Source: Amoebophrya sp. A120
Lineage: Eukaryota; Protista; Dinoflagellata
Reading direction: 5' to 3'
Length of the DNA stretch: 64,000 bases
NCBI GenBank assembly: GCA_905178155.1
Contig: CAJINV010000004.1
Span: 3,803,519 to 3,867,518, forward strand
Part shown: in pieces, positions 1 through 12,401 of the stretch
Position numbering within the stretch: position 1 is the first letter of the stretch
Layout of the letters: the number at the start of each line of letters is the position of its first letter
The notes under the pieces: generated by a model
Database searches by the model: none
Told to the model about the DNA's origin: nothing
What the model saw: only the letters and a program-made list of their open reading frames with translations
Program-made: the position numbers and the translations under genes

Positions 1-3
1 CAC

Positions 4-669
4 GTGCCGGGCTATCTGCAGAACAAGAGCACCAACTACTACGCTTCGAGCCTGTTCGGTGGCGGCAGTTCTTCGGCCTCCAAAACCTTCGGGAACAATG
101 TGCAGAGTGGGTACAACAATTACACGGCCTCGCGCAACAAGAAGAACGCTGCCAACGCGAACAACGTCACAGAGGGCGTGGTGCGGATGGGAGGCAGCGT
201 TTCCGGGATTTTTGAGCAGAGCAAGATGCTGTTCTGGAAGCAGGTGAACGGTATCTTCTTCACGATTTTGTGTGAACCACTGGAAAACACGCTACTCGCG
301 ACGAACTTCCTGGAACTGCTGATCACAGAATTGCACCGCCACTTCGAAATAGAGCTGAAGCTGGGCGGGAGCGGGAATTATGACAAGAAAAATAAGAATT
401 ACACCGACAGAAATAATGCCATGACTGCCGCAGGAGATCACCATCCGCTGCTGGAGGACCATCTTCATGGGGGAGGGAATGACCACGGCCGGGTGGCCAG
501 TAATGGCGGAAACAATTACGGGAGCACACTCGCGGATCGGATTCTAGACAAACCAGACGAAGTTCTGATGATTCTGCACTACATGCTCCCCGGAGGACAG
601 CTGCAATTCATAACCTACAATCTGTACGCGTTTTTAAGGACAAACATAGCGGACTCACTGAGCAACTGA
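4..669 (+). CDS. AP5S1: AP-5 complex subunit sigma-1-like (3' part; 5' end outside window)
   Basis: Motifs LFWKQV..FFTILCEPLENTLLATNFLELL and ILDKPDEVLMILHYMLPGGQLQFIT resemble the recalled AP5S1 segments ENLLLAE..LRLL and LLRADRIEGILTRFLPHGQLLFLN. Confidence 0.75.
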   Translation: MPGYLQNKSTNYYASSLFGGGSSSASKTFGNNVQSGYNNYTASRNKKNAANANNVTEGVVRMGGSVSGIFEQSKMLFWKQVNGIFFTILCEPLENTLLATNFLELLITELHRHFEIELKLGGSGNYDKKNKNYTDRNNAMTAAGDHHPLLEDHLHGGGNDHGRVASNGGNNYGSTLADRILDKPDEVLMILHYMLPGGQLQFITYNLYAFLRTNIADSLSN

Positions 670-1488
670 GATGAAATGTATTTCTGTGATAATCGCTTTC
701 GTGATAGATTTTGCTGGTGCTCACTTGTTGTTGTTGATCAAAATTTGAAACGAAGCCACTTCTCATGATGAAGCAAACGCACGCGCGCCGAAGATCGAAA
801 TTAAGTACTGACAAAACGCATGCTGAACTGCAGCAAAGAGAAAGACTTAAGCAGCTAAATCATGATGAACACTTCAACTATCATCTTTCGGGTCTGAAAC
901 TACACCGAATGAAGATACGTTACTTTACTTTCGTTCTGCTGACGATAAAGGAATTACTTTACTTTCGTTCTGCTCGGCCAGGGCCTTCCGTTGTACCTCG
1001 ACCGCCATATTTATTTATCGCAAACGAAGCAGATGATCCGTGAAAGTGAAGTAGAAACACAAAAAAGGAAAAGGATCCTCCAGTGGTTTCGAAGATCAGG
1101 TCTTGTTCAAACAAAAGGTCATCTCCCTCCACGTGCAACATCCAAAAAGATAGAGATCATGATGAGAGGATCCACAAGCACGAGCAGAAAGTCGAGTTGA
1201 TAGAATGGTTCAACTCAAGGAATAAACGATCTTCTGGTTCGGAGTAACCTCGCGAAGCTAGCACTGTCGTGCCTATTCTTCAAACAGCGAATCCAACGGG
1301 TACAAGTAGGCTGAAGAGTAGTTCTTGTTGTTTTCCGGTACATCACTACAACATAGCGGCGCAAGTACGTTTGTAGAGGCGTTAATCTTCTTCTTCTACA
1401 GTAGAGTTTGTCGTCGTACAAATACCATATTTAAATTTTTTAGAAGCTTCTCTCAGGCCGACCTTCTTCTCGTTTCGCTTTCGAAAAA

Positions 1489-3759
1489 ATGGTAAAAAAG
1501 AGCATGAAACGAAAGCAGGCCTCTTCTGCAGGAGACCACAGCGCGGGTGGCAACAAAAATGCGAAAGCATCATCATCCTCCGCCGCCAGCACTGCCGCGG
1601 AACCAGCACAGCAAATGGAGCATCTTTTGTCCGGTCCGGCGCTGAAACAGGCCAAGAAAATTTCCATCGCTAAAATTAACGGTCCGGACGAGGGAAAGTT
1701 GCTCCTCCCGCGAAACGCGGAGGATAAGAAGCAGGGCGAGCGGGTGGTGGTCGTGCTGGAAAAGTGTTTTTTGGAGCTAGTGCAGATCCGGAAGGGGACG
1801 TACGAATTGCTCAATTCCGACGACCACAAGACCTTACTGATGAAAAACGAAAAGCGCAGGAACGACCTGGCGGAAGCACGCCCGGACATTACGCACCAGT
1901 GTTTGATGACGCTTCTGGATTCGCCGCTGAATAAAAAAGGTAGACGTTATTTTGTCCGTGCAAGACAGATTTACGTTTGCCACCTGAGCCAGCATGTTGA
2001 CAACATACTCCATTTTTTATATTTTTTCTTGCAAAATAGAACAACTTGATGTAATGCTGCTCGCATTGGTGCGATATATAGCATTAGCATTGCACCAACC
2101 ACCATGAAAACCTTAACAGGCAAGCTGCTGATCTACCTGCACACAGCGCAGAATGTGTTGATTGAAGTGCACCCGAGCCTGCGTGTCCCCCGAACGTTCA
2201 AGCGATTTTGCGGGCTCATGGTGGAGCTGTTGCAGAAAAACAAAATCAGAGCCGCGCAAACAAACGAGATCCTGATGAAGGTGCGATGAGTCCTTATTTT
2301 TTTTTTCGCAACTTCCTGATGGATCGTCCTGTTTGAAGATGCAGACGAAAGATTTGTTGATAGGGCATACACTAGTTTCTGATTGTGTTTTGCATTATTG
2401 TTGGCAATGGGAGACTTCGACAGCCATATAGATTCGGAATAGATTCCAAATAGATTTGAGATAGATGGTTTCTGTTTTCCGAAAAAGCGTCTGCAGTTCT
2501 GCAGCACGCGATCGAATGGAGAATAAAAACAGTCACCGAAGTCGCGAGCTGGGCGAAAAATGAGAACAATTCTGACCAAAATTTCCCGGGCCGATGAGAA
2601 GTGGCCACAAGGTGCCTGCCCTAGCCCGAGAAAGTGGCCAGGTGAAGGGGGTAATCTTGCAGCGCAAGCGCCGCGCTATGCTTTTAGTTGGGCCTAGACT
2701 CTCGGACCAAGTAAGAGCATACCCTGGCGCCTGGGAAAAAGATTGCTCTGGCCCGCAAAAGTTGGCACAGGCGCCACGGCATTCTTTTGCCGGGGCTGCC
2801 AGGTTTTAAGGCCAGGCACTGTCACAGAGGTGCGCATGTGATGCGAAATTCTCCTGGCCCGAGAAAGTGGCCAGATCGATGATGGAGGAGCGTGGTGTTT
2901 CTGATGCGAAAATGTTCTGGCCCGAGAAAGTGGCCAGATAAGGGGGGGGTGATCTTGAAGTACAAGCAGCACGCTGTGCTCTTACCTGGGCCTCTCGACT
3001 TTGAGGCCAGGTAAGAGCATAGCATGGCGCTTGGAAGGAAAAAAGGCCCCGTCGGCCCAAACAAAGTTGGCCCAAACACCACGGCACTCTGTTCCCTGGC
3101 CTTCCAAGTTTTGGGGCCTTCCAAGTTTTGGGGCCTATGCAGACGAAAGATTTGTTGATAGGGCATACACTATTTATTGTGTTTTGCATATTGCATTGTT
3201 GTGGTCAACTCGTTTATTATTTCCAAAAACCCCATCACAGGTTATCTCCAACCCGATTGACAAGTACCTTCCACCGGGCGGGCGCAAAGTCGGTCTTTCT
3301 GTGACGGGCAAGTCCGTGAACGTTCGCGACTACTGTAAAATGCTGGTGGACGAGCAGAGACCAAATAAACCACTAGGAGGAGCTTCTGATGCAGGAGCAC
3401 GAGAAGCTGCAGCAGGAAGTAGTGCTAAAGGCTCATCACCGTCCACCTCTAGCAGCAGTTCAACAGCGCCATATGCAGGTGCGCAACAGGTAGTTGCAGC
3501 TACGACAGCACATCAGCAGCAACCAGGTCATCTACCTTGTGCTGAGGAAGAGGAGCAGCCAACCCTGGATGTGAAACAAACCGCGTTTCTGCCGATCACG
3601 TTCGTGATTGGGGCGGTGGCCCACTGTGACCCGGCGAGCGAAAGCAATTTCGGCCTGGATTACACGACGGAAAAGATAAGTATTTCCCCGTTTGGGCTCA
3701 GTGCGAGTTGTGTATGCAGCAAGCTTTGCCACGAGTTTGAACACTTGTGGAATGTTTGA
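1489..3759 (+). CDS. EMG1: 18S rRNA pseudouridine N1-methyltransferase Nep1/EMG1; exons 1489-1939, 2120-2280, 3241-3759
   Basis: [77 protein letters not shown]. Two canonical GT-AG introns join in frame. Confidence 0.95.
2339..3172. mobile_element. Insertion in EMG1 intron 2 flanked by a 36-bp direct repeat, with internal degenerate ~190-bp repeats
   Basis: ATGCAGACGAAAGATTTGTTGATAGGGCATACACTA at 2339-2374 and 3137-3172; repeated CCCGAGAAAGTGGCCA motifs inside. Confidence 0.6.
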
Positions 3760-4391
3760 TAGTACAGATGAGCCTCGATGGCGGATACGAGTTGTAGTAA
3801 ACGACAATGCTTATGATTGCAGTGCGGTATGTGCCTTGGTACAATTACAATGACCGAGGATGGAAGAATAAAAATCTATCGAGGTGAAAATTCTTATTCT
3901 GATGCAGTAATGCTGGGAGCCGCTGCTGCATTTGTTTTTGCGTTCCTTCACAGGCGTCTCCTGCAAGTCTGCAGCTTCCGTTCCTGGATGAATTTTCGTG
4001 CGGCGTGGTTGGGTCTTTTCGAAGATGAGAGCTGCAAAAATATTGTTGATTTGCTTCTGAGAGACAGATGACATCAAAACCATGCAAAAACCGTCTTGCA
4101 AAAAAGAACAATTTTCCCGACATAGATTTAGATAGACGAAAGAATTGATAAGTACAACTTCGACCAGCGTAGACAAGGTCAGCGAGTCTAGCTTGATGTG
4201 TCCTAGTACAAGCGTCGTGACAAAGTAAGCGATCATAGTACAATCATAATCAAGTCGTTTTAAGTGTACCAAGTGAGATACAAGAAAGGAATTTTTTTGT
4301 GCACGACCTCCTTCCTTTATCAACATTCCTCAAATCTAAAGAGTCAAGAGCCAAAGTTTCAGGTTTATAAGATTAAGCGTATCAAAATCAA

Positions 4392-7300
4392 ATGCCCTCG
4401 ACGCCAACGGACAGTTCATTCTTGCGACAGCAAGTCGTGCAAGACACACCGACTTTTGGGGTGCCAGGTCGTGGTGGCGATACAGGAAGGAAGGGCAGTA
4501 CGAGTAGCGCCACTGGTTTTCATCCAAAGAGTGGCACATCTTCTACCGCTGCGTCATTTGTCAAAACAGCAGCATCTTCGGCAAGCGACGCGGCTACAAC
4601 AGGAACTACACCCGGAACAAGAAGTGCTGTCCCCTTCGCGGCCCCCGCACTTGTTCCTGCGGCCGAGACTTTTTCAAAAATGTCTGTGTCAGCCTCGTCG
4701 GCTACGGCTTCATCAGCTGCGGAAAGCAGAAGTACCATGATGAACATAGCGGCCAAAGAACCGCCCGTAGTTGCGGCCGAACCCGCGTTCGAGCGGGACA
4801 CGGATGAAACAGAAGAGATGACGGCGGACGAGGTGTGGCGAAAAGTCCTGATGCCCAACGCGGCGTCGGCACCACTAGCGTTTGCTGCGGGCTACGACCA
4901 ACGTAGAAATAATGATAGACGGTTCCTTGTTCAAATGTTTGAATTTCGCATCTATTTCTATACAGAAGCACCAAGATTTTGATGTTCCAGAAAAAGATGC
5001 TCGCATTCATTTTCGCTGTGTTTTTGTGTTGACGGTTCTTGGCCTGATAAATTTTTCCAAGAAATTGATTCCTATACAGGTCTGTTCGACGGCTGGGTCA
5101 AGCAGCCCTCGCCGTGCTGCGGTGCCGCGTCCGTTGCGGGCGCCTGGAATGCGCTGCGGAACGTGCACCGTTCGGGGGACAACTATCAAAAGGAAAAATC
5201 CCCCCACCCCATACTCAAACTAGAAATTTGTGATGCAGATTTGTGGTCACAAATCAGCTTTGTCATGCTAGAAGGGAAAAGATGCGGACTGTAGTGCTGG
5301 TTGGCGTGGGAAAGCCTTGCACCTTCAGCATGACAGGGGGCAGCTGGAAGTGGGAAACAGCATGACAAATTGCCAGCAAACGAGGCCAGAGCTGCGTCTC
5401 TTGGCCTTCTAGCATTACAAGTCGATTTGTGTACTCAAATACTCGACCCGGCTTTCACTAGGGGGAGCATTCGTACACTTTGTGCCCTCCGGGACTATGC
5501 CTCTGCTTCCGTCTAAACTGAGGGGTCCACTTATCCCTCTCGGTATTCGGTCGCAGGGAAGGGTTGCCGGGGTCTCCCTCGCATCGGTTCTCGATGTCGG
5601 GTGTGAGTTTGTGACTGCGGGGGCAGTGGTTGGCTTAGGTGTGTGGAGTACATCTGAAAAGAGGCTCCCATTCCTTCTTCCAGGTAGCGATCCTAGATCG
5701 CTGCCATGCGGAGCCACCCCCGTATTTCACCCCCAGGGGGTTGTGGACCTGGCAAAACCGATGAGTTCGGGCTGCTGACTGTTCCACCTCTTCCGAGAGC
5801 GATCATGTTACGCCTCACGCCTCAAATACAGCATCACAAGTTTCGTTTTCGATGTGGGGAGGGGGGATTTTTCGTTTTGATAACAACGCGAAGGACTTCC
5901 GCAAGCTCTCCGATGTGCTGGCGAAGTACTGCGACGCGTTGGCGAGAGGGAGACGGAAGCGGTTGGATCGCATTCTCGACGGGTATTTGCGGTGTGTCCT
6001 GCCCTCCGGGGAGGAGATTGCGAAGATGGGGGACTACTTCTTGGCGAAAATTCAGCAGCACAACTTTCTCGGCGAGGAGTACGAGCAGCAAGAGTGGCAG
6101 CGGAGAAACATCTCGCATCTGGAGCTGCATGCGGGCGGTGGTGGGGACAACATCGCGACTTGTGCGACTGAAAAGAACTTGTCCAGTACCGCTCTCTTAG
6201 CTGCAGCGAACATCGAGTCTTCAATGGATATTGCGGTCGAGAAGATGGAGAAGTGTAGTAATAATTTTTCGGGGGCACCAACATCTAGAACCACTTCGGC
6301 ACTAGCAGTTCCAAAGATTGTGCAGAAGAACAATCCACCTGCTCTCCCGGTGGGCAAGGACATGACGGACGCCGAAAAGAAGGAGCTGCCGGTCTCGAAA
6401 TATTTCAAGACGGAGGAGAAGTTATGAACTGCAAAAACATCGTACTAGTATAAATTGCAATACAAATTAGCTCAGCATTACAAACTTTGTAATGCGGATT
6501 TTCTTTAACAAAAAGATTTGTATTATGCATAAACGCAATTAGTACGAGTACGATACTTTTGCACAGGATAGAAGTTTCCGATGTTACTGTACCTAGAGAA
6601 ATTCATCGAGGACTACCTGTTTCAAGTTGAGCAACGCACCTGGATCGGGACCAAGAAGAGTATTTATTGCGTATGTTGTTGTTTGTCATGCAAGACACAA
6701 CACGTGATGAGGTATATTTCTCATGCAGGACGCACAGAACAAATACGACATTTTATCAAAAAACAGAAAACAAGCCCGTCGACCCTGAGAAAACCCCTGT
6801 CGAGGGTGTTACCAAAACCGCCGCGAAAGACGCGTTGAAAGCGGTGTGTGAAGCACAAGTTGCGCTCCGCTGCACAGTGGCGACAGACGAAAAAAATTCT
6901 AGTCCAACTGCCGGGGAGAACAACATTTCGTCGTCCGAGGAAACCACTGCAGTGACGGCGTCGAGCGGCTCGAGTTCGCGCACCTCCAGTAAGGAGTCAA
7001 CCACAAATGCAGTTCCGACGCCATATTTCACGCCCTACTCGGACTTGAGTTCGGCCAGTTCGTCCGGCGAGGAGGGGGGCTTGGACCTGGGCGCCGTGCG
7101 GGTGGACCTGCTCACCGGGCATCCAGCGCTGCTGCCGAGCGGGCGGGGTTTGAATGTGGAAACGACCGCCGTGCAAAAGGACTATAACGAGATGAAGATG
7201 AGCTACCCTAGTGGTGGTGATACAACATCGCTGGCGACCACTTTTCAGAACGGGTTGGGAAATCGAACCATTTCCGCGGCGCTGGCAACCGCGAGTGCGT

Positions 7301-10300
7301 CTCTGCGCGGTGGACAGAGTGGCAAACCGGCGAGCGGAGTTGTACAACTTCTTGATGCACCCACCCCAGCGCACTCTCCCGCGGATGAAGAGGTATCAGA
7401 TAAAACTACTAGCGCGCCGGCGGCGGTGGACGAACAGAAGCAAGCGGGCCAAGCTGGTACCGAATCCGAAAGGAAGCAGGAGACAATCACACCACCAGGA
7501 ACAACTGCCGCTGCTGCAGACAACACTTCATCTACAACTCTGCAGCCCAACACTATCAACCCTTCCCAATACGAGGGGATTCTGTGGTCGGCGTTTCTGG
7601 AGCTCTCCCAGGAGGAGCGATTCGCCACCGAGCTGGGTGAACTGTACACGAAAAAGCGGGCGGTCGCGCGCCTCACGCAGTACTTACCCGGCACCGCGGA
7701 AATCGGCAACTGGGGCATTCTCAAGGCGTGCAAAAGAACGGGGCTGGATTATCAAAGTGAAAAAAACTGCTTCCTCCCATTAACATTATTGAAACGGAAA
7801 TTTCTGTTGCTGGATTTGTGTACACAAATCAGAGCTGTATAATTGCAGCATGTGCTTGTAGGCATTTTCTAAACCTGATTAGGTATGCAAAAGGCTAGCA
7901 CTCAGGAATGACAGACAGCTTTGCAGTAGCCAAAAAAGCATGACCGCTTGGCTGGGGAATGCGCCGCACGGCGTCCATTTGCCTCATATGAAGGACAAAG
8001 CTGATGCTGATTTGTGGTCACAATCACAAATCAGCGTCAAACTCGATATGGGAAGGGGGGATTTTTTTATCACAATATAGTTGCGAAAGTAATCGCGAAC
8101 CGGCGGTCGATTCTGGGTGGGAAAGCAGTTTTATGGAAGTGCACAGCCTCCCCTGTATTTGTCATCCAAAATCCCAAATCCAGGCTGTGCCTCTTGGCAC
8201 TGTTTGCATGACAAATTCTGGTGTGCTGCACTTCTGTTTAGCATGACAAGTTCTGGTAGTTCAAATAGCACCAATACACTCCCGCGCAAATTTGTCATGC
8301 GAAACCGGCATTCTTGCTGATGCTTGTAATGCCACTCATGCTACACAAATGAGGAGGAGGGGCGGTTGTGTACTCTCATAACAATCCGCGCCCGGCGAGG
8401 AGAAGCGAAAGGAGGATTTGTGGAACCTGCTGAAATATCCTGTGCAAAAGTATCGTACTCGTATTGCAGTCATGCATTACAAATTTGCCTTCAAACGTAA
8501 ATCCGCATTACAAATTCTATTTCTCATGCAGTAATCCGCCGAACAGTCCCAGTACCCCCCGAGTAGCCCCCCCAACTACTCACCCGAGCCCATGATCCCA
8601 CCTGTGCTTCGCACCAACTTTGGATCGGCTCAACATTCGCTTCCGGGGGGTGCAATTTGGTATCTAACCGACATTGTGCCAAGAGGAGGGCCTCCTCGGA
8701 ACCGCCTGGCGAAAGCCTGCCATGGGTTTCACTATCCACGGGTGGTGTTGCGGGTATTCCTGGCGAAAGCCAAAAACCGGCAGAAAACGGGCCACGGCAG
8801 TGCTCTCGCTGGACATTACCAACATTTGTCCGGGCAGGGCCGTCCTCTTGCCGGACACAACCAACATCTGTCCGAAACAGCCTAGGGCCAAGACGACACC
8901 GTGAGGACGACCACAGGGGGTTCGTCTCAATGATGATGATGATGCTGAGGAAATTTGTAATGCATTTATACTTACGAGTACGATACTTTTGCAGTCCATA
9001 TGAAAGCGAACATCGGGCAACCGCAGACGGTTCTGCTGTTTCACCTCACCAACCATTACGCGTTGCTTTACTGTTGGCGCGAGTACTTCTGCCTGAAACC
9101 GCCGGGGGAAGAGAAGAATAAAGCAGCGCTCGTAGTAGGCGGAGAACAAGAAGAAGAGAAACTAAGTACAACTACACCAACAACGGGAGACGTCGTTTCT
9201 GTTGCTCCGGAAGGACGAGGAAACTATACAGGAGCAGTAGACCTACGACCTGCAACCACCACCACACGTCCTGCGGAAGAAGATGTCGAAAGTAGTAAAG
9301 GACTCGAAACCGCTAGCAGTGCTTCTGCTTCTTCCTCCGCATCGAAAAACGTTGGGACGGGTGATGTTCCTGTCAGCAGTTCTTCATCAAAACAGGACCC
9401 AGCCGTCGTGGTGGTAGTGCCCAAAACTTCTTCCACCTCTGCCAATTGTTCTACTTCCGCCGCCGCGCCGAAGCGTTCCGCCACGCCACCGCCGAAGGTG
9501 ACACCGAGGGGGAGTGTGAAAAAGAAGAAGACGACAGGCGCGGCCTCTCGTGCAGGTGGAATCACTTCTGGTGCCAAGCAGAACACGACATCGACGACCT
9601 CTTCTACTTCGCCAAACAATCAATCGGGTGCTGCAGCTGCGGAGATGAGCGAGGGGAAAAAAACTTCATCAGCGACCAAACCATCTTCCTCTGCGAACAA
9701 TACTAAAGCCGGTGCATCAACATCTTCTGTCCCACCGCCGGTCCCGTCGAATTACCAACACGTGCGGGAGATCTACACCGCCCGGAAGGGGCAGCGCCCC
9801 ACCGCGTGGCTGTCGTTGGATGAGGTGTACTATGAACTGCAAAAGTATCGTACTCGTATAAATGCATTACAAATTTCCTCAGCGTGAGAAATAAAATTTG
9901 TAATGCTGATGTACCTTAAGAAAAAGATTTGCAATGCATTACTGCAATGCGAGTCGTGCGATACTTTTGCACAGGATATGTACAAAATTCTGGTTGGGTG
10001 GTCCGGGTACGCCATCATGAAGGTCACGCTGAAGCCTACGAATTGCAAAAATGTCTGGGTCTGGAAGATTGCAACTTGTCATGCTGTTTTTGGATTCTAA
10101 AAAAATTTGTATTGCATGACCAGCAAGAGGGGTGCAATTTGTACTACACGGACAGGGCATTTCTCATGCGAAAGGTGCATCAGGTTCAGGAAGCCTTCTA
10201 AAAGTCTGCGATGCTAGGTCATGCATTACAGGCATCATGGGTCACGGGAAATATGCATGGCAAATCTTGCATTCTTCCAGAGCCAGACCCAGACATATTT

Positions 10301-10382
10301 GCACTTGATAAAGCCGGAAAACGACCCGTTCGCCTCCGAACAAAGCAACGACGAAGAGGATGAAGCGGACGTGTGTCAATGA
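4392..10382 (+). CDS. Large multi-exon hypothetical protein with putative papain/C39-like Cys-His core split by low-complexity inserts
   Basis: Removing introns/introners gives a continuous frame containing KQPSPCCGAASVAGAWNAL, PGTAEIGNWGILKAC, LFHLTNHYALLYCWRE and IYTARKGQRPTAWLSLDEVYKILVGWSGYAIM; stop TGA at 10380-10382. Confidence 0.7.
5184..5882. mobile_element. Introner family C (with nested insertion 5443-5820)
   Basis: TIR TATCAAAAGGAAAAATCCCCC; 5-bp DR ACAAC; removal joins SGDN-AKDF. Confidence 0.9.
6423..6570. mobile_element. Introner family B
   Basis: TIR TAT..TGCAAAA..TCGTACT; DR GAAGT. Confidence 0.9.
7750..8077. mobile_element. Introner family C (decayed)
   Basis: Degenerate family C TIRs; DR eroded (TGGAT/TAGTT). 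Confidence 0.7.
8132..8380. mobile_element. Introner family F
   Basis: TIR TATGGAAGTGCACAGCCTCCCC / GGGGCGGTTGTGTACTCTCATA; DR eroded. Confidence 0.8.
8436..9000. mobile_element. Introner family B (with nested insertion ~8530-8941)
   Basis: Family B TIRs; DR TGAAA. Confidence 0.9.
9831..9978. mobile_element. Introner family B
   Basis: Family B TIRs; DR TGTAC. Confidence 0.9.
10037..10310. mobile_element. Introner family A
   Basis: TIR ..TGCAAAAATGTCTGGGTCTGG; DR AAGCC. Confidence 0.9.
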
Positions 10383-11691
10383 GTCGATGTGGTGGTACAA
10401 CTCCTCTTTGTATTTGGTCGTCGTGGTGTCCTCCTCCTCCGCAATCAAACTCGGGGAGCACTTTTTACAAAATTTAAATCGTTTTTCTATGTTTGTTGTA
10501 GCTCGTTGTGTAGATGAAGATGATGGAAACGAAGAAAGGCGTCCTCCTCTTCGAGATGCTATGTATAAACTTGTGCCATCCGACAATAGGATAGCCAATT
10601 TCATCATCCACGTTAGATTTGTTGCAGTTTTGGTGCTGTCGAGCGTCCGACCACTTTTTTGAACAATTTGAGTATTGATTTTTTTTTTTGACCATCGTTC
10701 CATTTTACTTACTTTGTTTTTTGCGCTTTTCAACAAATCATGTTGAGATTTTCTACTCTCTGATTTCGGCCGTGTCCACTCTTTTGGCAAAAATAAAACG
10801 ACTTAACCGCGACAAAGTCGACATCACGTTGCTGCTGTTTCAGAACATTTTTCGAACTGACGACTTTTTTCGAAATTTTTTGTTTCCAAACAACTAAAAA
10901 CAAGCACTGCAGCCACTGCTGGCTCGATTGCACCATCACCCGGAGACCATACCGGTGCCTGCTTCGCTGCGTGTGGGCCCAGCGCTGGATGGTTTTGCTG
11001 CTTTGACCGACGTCTGTTCCATCTGTTTGTAGCAGTCTGGGACCAACTTGGCAGGACGATGTCATTTTCTCATGGGGATCCACTTTCGCAGTGGCATCGG
11101 ACTTCTTTGCGCAAGACAGGCATCGATCGCACCATCTTCGTAAGTAGCCGCCTCGCAACCACTAGGAGTCTCTCTGTTGTTCGCAAAGTGTAGTAGGATC
11201 TGCTGCTCGGGTGCACTATCAAGGTTGACACACGCGGCGGCGGTGTTGCAATTATTGGCTGATTTTCTGCAAGGAAAGAATAAAGATCTACCGTGTTTGT
11301 AGTAGTTCTCAATCTGCGCCATGACGACGTCCTCGAGTACTGTCTTTGAGCCGCCACCGCGCACGCTCGGTGCGGGGCAAATGGTGGTTTCGCCGAGTCG
11401 CCAGCTCGCATTGTCGACCATGGATGAACAGCAGCAGCAGCAGAACTTGGAGCTCGCTGCTATAGGTGGGGCCTATATTAACCATTACGACGGAGCCGGA
11501 GAAGTAGGACCACAACAGAAGAAACCTTCTGTGGTTATGCAGGTCGGGCAGAGTGCAGCAGTAGCAGCGTCGAGCTCCTCGTCCAGAGCTGCGCAACATC
11601 AAGGTGATTTCGCGGTGCAGCGTATCACAGACGGGCAAACCAGAATGATGCGGGTAAGTGGTACAACCACGCCCAGCAGCTCGTCGTCCGC

Positions 11692-12004
11692 TATTGGGAG
11701 GAAAAATCCCTCCTCCCCGTATCGAAACTAAGTTTCTGATGCTGAATTTGCGTACACAAATCAGATTTGTCTTGCAGAAAGTGCTTGGCGGAATTTTCTG
11801 AGCCTGTTTGGGTCCGCAGAAGGCTAGCAATCCCGCTTGGCAAACAGGTTTGCAGTAGCCGAAAGCGCATGACAGACTTACTCTGGAAGGCGTTAAATGG
11901 CTCGTCCTATGACGCTATATGCAAGACAAAGATGATTTGTGACCACAAATCTGCATCACAAATCTCCGTTTTGATATGGGGAGGGGGGATGTTTCATTTT
12001 GATA
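11692..12004. mobile_element. Introner family C
   Basis: Family C TIRs; DR TCCGC/TTTGC. Confidence 0.8.
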
Positions 12005-12072
12005 TTTGCAGTACCGTCTTCACGGGAAGCGGTTTTTTCGGATCACGGACAACATCAGGTATACGTTCTTGA

Positions 12073-12216
12073 TATCCCGTGCAAAAGTATCGTACTCGTA
12101 TAAATGCAAGTCTTGCATTACAAATCTTGCTTTTCAGGTAAATCCGCATTACAAATTTTATTTCTCATGCTGAGGAAATTTGTAATGCCTACTTTATACG
12201 AGTACGGTACTGCATA
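12073..12216. mobile_element. Introner family B
   Basis: Family B left TIR, shortened right TIR; DR CTTGA/CTGGA. Confidence 0.8.
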
Positions 12217-12401
12217 CTGGAAAATTTTTGATGCGATTCTTGTGGTGACACAACAGGTTTTCATTTTTGCTAGAACAAGATGAAGCCGACTCACCGCCAC
12301 CATGAACAAATGAAAAACATTTTAAGTACATATGCGATACCACATCCAACGAAATCGAAATGTAACTGAATAAAGAACTAAGAAATAATCACAAGCTTCC
12401 G

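Noticed and set aside
3811-4326. Overlapping 130-170-aa ORFs between EMG1 and the next gene
   Set aside because: No recognisable motifs and intergenic-like composition.
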